DNA of 64,000 nt from Candidatus Omnitrophota bacterium (GTDB taxonomy: Bacteria > Omnitrophota > Gorgyraeia > Gygaellales > Profunditerraquicolaceae). Within the stretch, counting starts at the first letter, position 1. The number at the start of each line of letters is the position of its first letter. A program made the position numbers and the translations under genes. Under the pieces are notes generated by a model that made no database searches, was not told where the DNA came from, and saw only the letters and a program-made list of their open reading frames with translations. Positions 1 to 7,741 of the stretch are shown here, piece by piece. The stretch spans positions 204,154 through 268,153 of the forward strand of contig JBAZTA010000002.1 of NCBI GenBank assembly GCA_041662125.1, given 5' to 3'.

Positions 1-190
1 AGGCAGCACTCGCGTTGGTAGGCTCCAGGCATATTCTTTGGGGCAGTGACTGGCCTGCTAAGAAAGATATTTCCGCGGGAATTCAGGTAGTCCAGGATTT
101 AGCAATACCGCAGGAAGATAGAAATAATATTTTGGGCGGGAATTTAGAAAGAATACTGAGCTAGGGATAATTTTATAGGAAGGAATAAGA

Positions 191-940
191 GTGAATTCTA
201 ACCGAGGGCTTCTAAAGAAAGTAAGTATTTTGATTTTGTTGCTTACTTTTTTAGCTTTTAGAAATATCTTTGCCCAGGAGAATATGGGGCAAATTTCTGA
301 GAAGGGAGTAGAATATTTTGACCAAGGCAGATATTCTGAGGCTATCTCTTGCTTTACCGAGGCTGTTAATACCAACCCTCATTTTATTGGTAATTACTAT
401 AATCGCGGCCTCGCTTTTTCTAAAGAAGCTAACTATGATCTAGCCATTTCTGATTTTTCAAAATGCATTGAACTTAACCCTGATTTCGCCGATGCCTACT
501 ATAGCCGCGGGCTCGCATATAGTTACAAGGGCGGCTTAGAACAGGCTATTTCAGATTTAAGCAAAGCAATTGAAATTAATCCCAAGCATGCCAAAGCCTT
601 TAATGAGCGAGGGTATGTTTACCGCGCTATGGGGAACCTTGAGGAAGCGATTTTAGATTATACCAAAGCTATTGAGTTTAACCCTGATTCCAGCGAGGCA
701 TATTATAACCGAGGCAATGCCTACAATTACAAAAGCAACTTAGACCAAGCCATTTTAGATTACACTAAATCCATTGAAATAAAACCTGATTTTTCCGATG
801 TGTATTATAATCGCGCAGCCGCATTTTTCTTTAAACAAGAATATGGTAAATCATGGGAAGATGTTCATAAGGCGGAAGAATTAGGGGCTATAATTGATTC
901 TCAATTTCTCGAGGCATTAAAGAAGGCTTTGGGAAAGTGA
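191..940 (+). CDS. TPR-repeat protein with N-terminal signal peptide (GTG start)
   Basis: Multiple 34-aa TPR units (AxxYYNRGxAY...AIxDYxKAIEINP pattern); hydrophobic N-terminus; SD aggaagga upstream. Confidence 0.75.
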   Translation: MNSNRGLLKKVSILILLLTFLAFRNIFAQENMGQISEKGVEYFDQGRYSEAISCFTEAVNTNPHFIGNYYNRGLAFSKEANYDLAISDFSKCIELNPDFADAYYSRGLAYSYKGGLEQAISDLSKAIEINPKHAKAFNERGYVYRAMGNLEEAILDYTKAIEFNPDSSEAYYNRGNAYNYKSNLDQAILDYTKSIEIKPDFSDVYYNRAAAFFFKQEYGKSWEDVHKAEELGAIIDSQFLEALKKALGK

Positions 941-955
941 AGTAACGTTCTTGGT

Positions 956-1537
956 GTGAATTTGGCTAAAGAATCTAAGATGACTTTAGTTTTTTTACTC
1001 TTGCTATTTTTTTTGCCTGTTTTATGCTATTCCGGAATTTATGATACTCAATATGATTTTAGCCAAGAGCATTGGAACGCAGAGCAGAAAGAGGCCTGGG
1101 TAAATTTCTTTTGGAATGTTTTGCCGGCGCTATTATTAGTTGTTTCTTTTTTTGTAGCATTTCGCTTTGATAAGCCATGGAGTAAAGTTTTACCTATTTT
1201 GGCGCTGACGCTGTTTTTTATAATTCCGGCAATGAGATTTAATATATGGCGTTTGAGAGTCATGTCGGAAGAAAATAATACTCCTTATAGTAGCAATCCG
1301 GCTTGTATAATAAAGAAACATCCCTTGTCTGAAGGTTTTACAAAAGAAGAAGTCTTAAGGCTTTGGGGTAAGCCAAGAAAAGTATTTATTGGTTTGGTTG
1401 AAGAAACTTGGTATTACTCGCGCATTGAGCCCAAAATGGATGTCTCTACTGAATTTGGCGAATTTGAGTGGAATGAGAAATATAAGGTGGAGTTGATTTT
1501 TCATGGGGATAAGCTTATTACTATAGCCATCAGGTAA
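956..1537 (+). CDS. membrane protein with C-terminal BamE/SmpA_OmlA-like domain (paralog 1)
   Basis: N-terminal TM helices; C-terminal GxTKEEVxxxWGxP...WYYSR...YKVELIFHGDKL shared with next ORF. Confidence 0.5.
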   Translation: MNLAKESKMTLVFLLLLFFLPVLCYSGIYDTQYDFSQEHWNAEQKEAWVNFFWNVLPALLLVVSFFVAFRFDKPWSKVLPILALTLFFIIPAMRFNIWRLRVMSEENNTPYSSNPACIIKKHPLSEGFTKEEVLRLWGKPRKVFIGLVEETWYYSRIEPKMDVSTEFGEFEWNEKYKVELIFHGDKLITIAIR

Positions 1538-1596
1538 CAAATCTATCCTACCTATGCGGCGGGATAGGTAAAAAGTGTGCTTCCGCAGTAAACTTT

Positions 1597-2226
1597 ATGA
1601 ATAGTAAAAAAATACTTTTAACATCGTTCTTTTTGATTTTTTGTGTATCGAGCGCCTGTTATTGCCAGGATTACTTGGCACAAGGGTTATCAGAAGATGA
1701 AAAAAGGTCAATGTATGTGGTTGCCGGAATATTTCTTTACGTATTCGTATATGTGATGAGCATTTATTTATCGCCTCATATCGAAAGGCGCTGGAAGAAT
1801 ACTTTCAATCTGGTTTCATTGCTTTTAATAGCTGTTATTCCGCTCACCTGCTATAGAATTGAGATGGTGAAACTAGAGTCAGAAGTGAATAATACCCGTT
1901 ACAGTCAGCATCCTTTAAGGGTTGTAAGGCAATATCCATTAGCGCCTGGCATGACAAAGGCAGAGGTTGAGCAAAGATGGGGTACGCCCAGAAGTATCGG
2001 TAACTGGGGGCCGGCGGGTACCGAATTTATGACAAATACCGGTCCTGTAGAAGATCATTGGTATTATTCTCGGATGTATTCTACTTCTTCTGGTATTGGG
2101 AATTTTCTAGTATTGGAAGCAGCATATAAGGTCGAATTGGTGTTCTATGATGGGAAGTTAGGATATGCAATGCCATCAATAGAAAATATAAATCAGGGGA
2201 AACTTATCAGTAATGCAAGGCAGTAA
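1597..2226 (+). CDS. membrane protein with C-terminal BamE/SmpA_OmlA-like domain (paralog 2)
   Basis: Same architecture and conserved C-terminal motifs (GMTKAEVEQRWGTP, WYYSRMY, YKVELVFYDGKL) as 956..1537. Confidence 0.5.
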   Translation: MNSKKILLTSFFLIFCVSSACYCQDYLAQGLSEDEKRSMYVVAGIFLYVFVYVMSIYLSPHIERRWKNTFNLVSLLLIAVIPLTCYRIEMVKLESEVNNTRYSQHPLRVVRQYPLAPGMTKAEVEQRWGTPRSIGNWGPAGTEFMTNTGPVEDHWYYSRMYSTSSGIGNFLVLEAAYKVELVFYDGKLGYAMPSIENINQGKLISNARQ

Positions 2227-2254
2227 TAATGTTTGCCAAGAGGGAGAGAATAGT

Positions 2255-3007
2255 ATGAAAATGCAGAAAGCGGTACATTTAACGGGGAAGGATTTGACGG
2301 AAATGGTGCAGTTGCGGCCTCAGGATGTAGGCAAATACGCGATCGTGCCGGGGCCTAAAGACAGGCTTGATGTGTTAATCAAGAAGATCGAGAATCCGGT
2401 GAGGAATTTCTCTTTTATGGAATATACCATGTATACCGGCATGTATCAGGGGATCAAACTTACGGCTATCAATGGCGGAAGGTTTTCGACTGATACGGCG
2501 ATCACCGCTGAGGTTATGTGTAACGCAGAGATAAAGAATATTATCCGTATCGGGACCTGCGGGGCGCTGGATGAAAAGATTAAAGTCGGTGACCTGGTGG
2601 TAGTTGATACGGCCCTGCGCGGAGACGGGGTAACGCCGTATTATGTGGATAAAGATTTTAAGACGGTTGCTGATAAGAAAATTACCGATACCCTTTTTGC
2701 TGTTGCCAAAGATCTGGGGGCAACGGTGCATCGGGGGTGCGCCTGGACGACGGACGCGCTTTTACGCGAAACCCGGGAGCTGGTAGAGTTAAAACGTAAA
2801 GAAGGGGCTCTTGTGGTAGATATGGTTTCTTCAACACTGCTTACGATCGCGCAAACCTATAAAGTCAAGGCTGGTTCGATCTTAGCGGTCAGCGATAACG
2901 TTATTACCGGTGAGATGGGTTTTATGAACCCGATGTATTATATGGCAGAGTCAAAGTTGATCGAGATCGCCTTAGAAACAGTGAAACGTTTAGAGAGTAA
3001 CCATTAA
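2255..3007 (+). CDS. PNP/UDP-family nucleoside phosphorylase (candidate MTA/5'-deoxyadenosine phosphorylase)
   Basis: IGTCGAL-type motif of PNP_UDP_1 family; SD gagggagag 5 nt upstream of ATG 2255; operon with MtnA-like gene. Confidence 0.7.
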   Translation: MKMQKAVHLTGKDLTEMVQLRPQDVGKYAIVPGPKDRLDVLIKKIENPVRNFSFMEYTMYTGMYQGIKLTAINGGRFSTDTAITAEVMCNAEIKNIIRIGTCGALDEKIKVGDLVVVDTALRGDGVTPYYVDKDFKTVADKKITDTLFAVAKDLGATVHRGCAWTTDALLRETRELVELKRKEGALVVDMVSSTLLTIAQTYKVKAGSILAVSDNVITGEMGFMNPMYYMAESKLIEIALETVKRLESNH

Positions 3008-3015
3008 CCGAATAT

Positions 3016-3951
3016 ATGACCTATTCTCCTTTATTCTGGCCTATTCAATTAAAAGGTAAAACGATCTCTATCCTTGATGAGACTCAATTACCGCGCAAAG
3101 AAGTGTATCTTAAGGCAAAGAATTATCAGGAATCCTGCCGCGCTATTAAAGAAATGAAAACCAGGGCTGTTGGCCAGGTTTTGCTGGTCATGTATACTTT
3201 CTTGCTTGAGATCAAGAAAAATAAGCAGAGTAAAAATCTTTTTCCTCTCTTAGGTAAAGTGGCTGCTGCTATAAACTCAAGCCGTCCGACGCTTTCTTTT
3301 AAGATCTTGACCGATATGGTGTTGGGATGGGCCCATGCTGGAAAAGATCTGGAAAAAAGTATCATAGGTTTTCTGGAAATGTTGAAAAATAAGCGTATTC
3401 AACAAGCAGAAGAGGCAAGCCTTTTGATCAATGACGGGGATGTTATCCTGACCCATTGTAATATAAGCGGCCTGATGCCGATCGTCGGTGAACGGTGTTT
3501 AAAACAGCATAAGAAAATAAAGTTTTTTACAACAGAAACTCGCCCCTATTTGCAGGGGGCCCGTTTAACTGCCTGGGAGCTGGATCGTGCTGGTTTTGAC
3601 GTGACGGTTATCGCCGATAATATGGTGGCTGTGTTGATGCATGAAAATAAAGTTACGAAAGTTCTCGTAGGCGCTGATCATCTTGCCCGCAATGGCGATA
3701 TCGCCAATAAGATCGGCACCTATCAAATCGCCATTTTAGCCAAGCATTTTAATATTCCTTTTTATGTGGTCTGCCCGCCTCCTTCAAAGGCAGAAAGCGG
3801 GAAAGATATCCCTATTGAAATTAGGCCTGATAAAGAATTACTGGAATATCAAGGCATACGTTTTGCCCCTTTAGGTGTGAAAGGGTATTATCCTGCTTTT
3901 GATGTGACGCCGAATGAGTTGATCACCCGGCATATTTATCTGGGAGTTTAA
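3016..3951 (+). CDS. mtnA: S-methyl-5-thioribose-1-phosphate isomerase-like (eIF-2B/MtnA family)
   Basis: GADxxAxNGDxANKIGTYQxAIxAKHxxIPFYVxxP signature of MtnA/eIF-2B family. Confidence 0.75.
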   Translation: MTYSPLFWPIQLKGKTISILDETQLPRKEVYLKAKNYQESCRAIKEMKTRAVGQVLLVMYTFLLEIKKNKQSKNLFPLLGKVAAAINSSRPTLSFKILTDMVLGWAHAGKDLEKSIIGFLEMLKNKRIQQAEEASLLINDGDVILTHCNISGLMPIVGERCLKQHKKIKFFTTETRPYLQGARLTAWELDRAGFDVTVIADNMVAVLMHENKVTKVLVGADHLARNGDIANKIGTYQIAILAKHFNIPFYVVCPPPSKAESGKDIPIEIRPDKELLEYQGIRFAPLGVKGYYPAFDVTPNELITRHIYLGV

Positions 3952-3954
3952 GAA

Positions 3955-4959
3955 ATGGCTAATAAAGAACAAACAGTAAAAGATCAGATGATAAAAGTAG
4001 GTAAACGGATCTATTCGACCGGCCTTGCGGTGGCAAAATCAGGCAATATCAGCGCGCGGTTAGATGAGGAAACCATACTTATTACCGCAACCGGAACATT
4101 CTTGGGTGATCTCGGGAATGAAGATATAGTGCCTGTTGATATACTGTCAGGCGAAACAAAGTCAGGCAGAAAGCCGAGTTCTGAGCTGCCGTTGCACAGC
4201 CTGGTCTACAAAAACTTTTCAGCCCAAGCAGTGATCCATTGCCATGCTCCTTTGATCAACGGTTATTTTGCCGTGAATGCTTCGCTTAAAGCTTTGACGT
4301 TTGAGACTAAATTTTATCTTGGCGAAGTCCCGGTTGTCCAGCAGGATACTCCGACTGTGACAAGTCCTGAGTTGGTTATAGAGGCATTAAAAACCAATAA
4401 TCTGGTGGTATTAAAGAACCATGGAGTTGTGGCTATTGCTGATACCTTTGAAGACGCCCTGGCATTGATTGAAGCTTTAGAAGAGGCGGTAAGGGTAGCT
4501 GCAGTAGCGCGGTTGTTTAAAAAAGATGCTTTGGACGATTTGGATGGAGCGCTAAAAGATTCGTTAACCAGTGAAGGATCAGCGTATGAGATGTTTTCAA
4601 AAGAGCATATTCAGGCAATCGTTGATCTGGTGAATAAAGATGAGTTTATTGCGCAAAAAGGGAAGGAACTTGATTTAACGCTGCAGTTGGCGATTAAACT
4701 CGATGCCAGCGATAAGGTATTTAAGTTTAACTTTGAAAAAGGAAAGATCACGAGGTTAGACCGTGATGCTCAGGCGCCATTCGTGATTTCCGCGCCGGCA
4801 GAAGTTTGGCAGCAGGTTTTTTTAGGGAAGCTTGATTCATTTGTGGCGGTGACGCAAGGCAAGATGAAACTTGCGGGGCAATTGGGGCAGTTGTCCCGGT
4901 GGTATGTTCCTTTTACGCGCCTCTTCGCGCTTTTTAAAGAAGTGAAGATCAAGATCTAA
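3955..4959 (+). CDS. class II aldolase/adducin-domain protein (MtnB/Ald2-like) fused to C-terminal SCP2-like domain
   Basis: GNISAR...HCHAP metal-binding motifs of class II aldolase; C-terminal ~100 aa with SCP2-like pattern (FxFxxG...KMKLxGxxG). Confidence 0.65.
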   Translation: MANKEQTVKDQMIKVGKRIYSTGLAVAKSGNISARLDEETILITATGTFLGDLGNEDIVPVDILSGETKSGRKPSSELPLHSLVYKNFSAQAVIHCHAPLINGYFAVNASLKALTFETKFYLGEVPVVQQDTPTVTSPELVIEALKTNNLVVLKNHGVVAIADTFEDALALIEALEEAVRVAAVARLFKKDALDDLDGALKDSLTSEGSAYEMFSKEHIQAIVDLVNKDEFIAQKGKELDLTLQLAIKLDASDKVFKFNFEKGKITRLDRDAQAPFVISAPAEVWQQVFLGKLDSFVAVTQGKMKLAGQLGQLSRWYVPFTRLFALFKEVKIKI

Positions 4960-5015
4960 TGAATCTATCGGTTTTTCTCGCTCTTAATTATTTTATATAA
5001 GGGAACGGGTCCTGC

Positions 5016-5160
5016 CTTGGACTGTTTCTCGCGGGGACGTTTGCCCCGCCCCGGCGTGGCGGGGCTGCACTCAGGTCGGCTGCGTCGCTCGTCCCGACGT
5101 ATAACGTCAGGACACCGTGCCCGCTCCTTGCCTTTATGCCCCGCTCGAAATCAGTCCAAG
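5016..5160. other. GC-rich (~65% GC) structured non-coding segment; possible ncRNA or foreign fragment
   Basis: ccttggactg (5016-5025) pairs with cagtccaag (5151-5159); internal hairpins gccccgcc/ggcggggc; no ORF; GC far above local average. Confidence 0.25.
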
Positions 5161-5223
5161 TCACCCGTTAGCGGTAAGGGTTAAATAAATTTTTATTATG
5201 TAGATGGATAGTAAATAGTGATA

Positions 5224-5462
5224 AAATGAATCTGGCGGGTTTTTGAGCGAATCACGATTTTAGCCAATGGAGCTTGAGCATTGAGGGAATCCCGGTGGAG
5301 CGAAGCGACAAAACTGGGATGGCGATGCTGTTTGAGAGTTTTTTGCTAGAGCAAAAAACACGAGTTCAGCAGCCACCGAAATGCGAAAGATCATTGGCAT
5401 CCGCCATGCTTTGTGGCGGAAAATCGTGTTGAGCGAAAAAAGCCGACAGATTCATTAGGATT
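5224..5462. mobile_element. MITE-like element bounded by ~40-bp imperfect terminal inverted repeats
   Basis: AATGAATCTGGCGGGTTTTTGAGCGAATCACGATTTTAGCC at 5225-5265 is the inverted match of 5420-5460 (revcomp AATGAATCTGTCGGCTTTTTTCGCTCAACACGATTTTCCGCC); third partial copy at 4958-4982. Confidence 0.4.
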
Positions 5463-5539
5463 GATATCGATTGGTTTTAAAGGATAAGATGCCCGCTTTC
5501 GCGGGCATGACAATTGGGATTATGTAATCTTATAATACT

Positions 5540-7030
5540 ATGGATACTCAATTACTCATTGACGGTGAATTAAGAGATACAAAAGAGAAGCATAAAATAA
5601 TCAATCCTTCTAACGGTAATATTATTGCTGAAGTTTCGATTGCCTCTCACACGGATGCCGAAACAACCTTAGCGGTTGCGCGGTCCGCTTTTGACCAGGG
5701 GCCCTGGCCAAGGCTTTCTTTACCTGAGCGCAAAGCTTTTCTTTTGAAGATCTCTCAAGGAATATTGGATCGAGCCGCGGAATTAGCGCAGCTTGAGTCG
5801 GCTAATACCGGCAAGCCTATTAAAGAATCAACTTTGATGGATATCCCCAGCGCCGCTAAAACGTTTGAGTATTTCGCGAATCACCTGGAAGATTATCTGC
5901 TGCCTGAAACAATAAAGATATCCGCTCAAACCGGCGATGCCGAAAGCCTGCTTATACGCGAGCCGCACGGAGTGGTTGTTTTAATTGTGCCGTGGAATTA
6001 TCCCTTGTTGATCGCCAGCTGGAAAATGGCGCAAGCGCTGGCAGCAGGTAATACGGTGATCCTGAAGCCCTCGAGTTTAACTCCTTTAACCGCTTTAGCC
6101 TTAGGCAGGATCATTTATGATGCCGGGTTGCCGCAAGGGGCCGTAAATATTCTTAACGGGCCGGGAGCTACCCTGGGAGACGTGTTGTGTAAAGATAAAC
6201 GTGTGGATATGGTCTCTTTTACCGGCAGTAATGAAGTGGGTAAACGTATTATCAATGATTCTTCTGAGCATGTTAAGAAATTGGTCATGGAGTTGGGTGG
6301 CAAGTCTGCAGCAATTGTTTTCCAGGACGCGGACCTGGAATTAGCAGTCAACGGGTTATTGTGTTCAATATTCCTGAATCAGGGGCAGATGTGCACGGCG
6401 ATGTCGCGCATTTTTGTGGCAGAAGAGATCTATGACGCATTCATTTCTGCATTCTGCGCGAAAACTAAAAGGATCAACTTAGGCAACGCGGAAGATTTCC
6501 AGACTCAAATGGGGCCGCTGGTTTCAGAATTACAGCGCAAGAAAGTCCTTATGTATATTGAGAAAGCAAAAAAAGAGGGAGCGCGCCTTCTCTGCGGAGG
6601 TACTATTCCCTCCGGAGAGGCGTTTCATAAAGGATTTTTCTTAGAGCCTGCTGTTTTGAGCGAAGTCTCTTCAGCAATGACGATATTTAAAGAGGAAGTT
6701 TTTGGCCCCGTAGCTTGTATTGATAAATTCTCCAGCCTTAATGGGGCAATTGTATTGGCTAATGAAAGTGAATTCGGCCTGGCATGTTCTTTATGGACTC
6801 AGGATATCCCTTTGGCAAAAGAGACGGCTGGAAAAATAAATGCCGGGACTATCTGGATCAATACCTATGGTATGTTTTATAATGAAGTTCCTTATGGAGG
6901 CTTTAAACAAAGCGGTTTTGGCAAAGAGTTAGGTAAAGACGGATTTTTAGAATATAGCCGCCTTAAAAATGTTATTATTGATTCTACGCAAGGTTCAAAA
7001 CCGCTGGTAAATTATTGGTATGGGTTTTAG
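5540..7030 (+). CDS. NAD(P)-dependent aldehyde dehydrogenase
   Basis: ELGGKSA glutamate motif, catalytic Cys in QGQMCTA, GxxxxG NAD-binding pattern; 496 aa. Confidence 0.9.
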   Translation: MDTQLLIDGELRDTKEKHKIINPSNGNIIAEVSIASHTDAETTLAVARSAFDQGPWPRLSLPERKAFLLKISQGILDRAAELAQLESANTGKPIKESTLMDIPSAAKTFEYFANHLEDYLLPETIKISAQTGDAESLLIREPHGVVVLIVPWNYPLLIASWKMAQALAAGNTVILKPSSLTPLTALALGRIIYDAGLPQGAVNILNGPGATLGDVLCKDKRVDMVSFTGSNEVGKRIINDSSEHVKKLVMELGGKSAAIVFQDADLELAVNGLLCSIFLNQGQMCTAMSRIFVAEEIYDAFISAFCAKTKRINLGNAEDFQTQMGPLVSELQRKKVLMYIEKAKKEGARLLCGGTIPSGEAFHKGFFLEPAVLSEVSSAMTIFKEEVFGPVACIDKFSSLNGAIVLANESEFGLACSLWTQDIPLAKETAGKINAGTIWINTYGMFYNEVPYGGFKQSGFGKELGKDGFLEYSRLKNVIIDSTQGSKPLVNYWYGF

Positions 7031-7040
7031 TTGATGAGTG

Positions 7041-7673
7041 TTATTTGCAGATTTCAAGCGATTCAACAGAAAACTTCTCTCTCTTCTTGGAAAAGGCCAG
7101 GCGGAATTTAATATTCTCGATGTTCGTATAGAAAATGATTACTTTAAAGGCCGGGTTGATCAGATGCGGGATGAGCATTTCGGTCACCTCAGGAAGCGGC
7201 GTTAGTTTCTTGTCAAATGTCTTAAAATCAAGTTTGATACGTTCCTGCGGTTTGAGGCTGTCGATCATTTCAAATTTAAGGATATAGTTGAGTTTAAAAC
7301 CGTAATCATCCAGGATCAAATCTAAATCTTCAATTTTAATCTCCCGAGCCAGGAAAAACCCGTCGTTTTTAAGGTAAAAGCCTGATTTTTTAGGATTAGC
7401 GTCTAAAATTAATTCCAGTGCCAGTTGCGGGATCAGCCTTTTCTGCGCTTCCTGGGAAATGATCTTCTTGAGCTTGCGGATTTCCAGCAATGAGAACATG
7501 AGTATTGAAAGCGTCAGGAGAATAAACCAGTCTTTTAAGGGGATATGCAGCAGTAATGATATAAGTTTTGCGTCCATAAAAATAGTATAGCATAGCCAGG
7601 CATTTTGTAAATACCCTTGTGCCTGTTCATCACCTTTGCGTTGCTTGATATTTATATTTGAATACCCTGCCAT
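7041..7673 (-). CDS. hypothetical membrane-anchored protein
   Basis: Long ORF with two TM helices near N-terminus; no recognised motif. Confidence 0.45.
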   Translation of the reverse strand: MAGYSNINIKQRKGDEQAQGYLQNAWLCYTIFMDAKLISLLLHIPLKDWFILLTLSILMFSLLEIRKLKKIISQEAQKRLIPQLALELILDANPKKSGFYLKNDGFFLAREIKIEDLDLILDDYGFKLNYILKFEMIDSLKPQERIKLDFKTFDKKLTPLPEVTEMLIPHLINPAFKVIIFYTNIENIKFRLAFSKKREKFSVESLEICK

Positions 7674-7741
7674 TTAATGTTACAATAACCAAAAAATAAT
7701 CCCGACACCTTCTTTTTGCTCATAAGGAAAAGGTATCTCTT

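Noticed and set aside
58-375. 105-aa minus-strand ORF
   Set aside because: Overlaps the start of the well-supported TPR gene (191..940) on the opposite strand. No SD; low-complexity translation.
5000-5540. tmRNA, RNase P RNA, SRP RNA or 6S RNA in the long mtnB-ALDH spacer
   Set aside because: Checked by eye for hallmark motifs (tmRNA tag-reading frame and ...CCACCA end, RNase P GGAAAGUCCGG, SRP domain IV GGAA/AGCA loops); none found. Region better explained by MITE-like element plus GC-rich structured segment.
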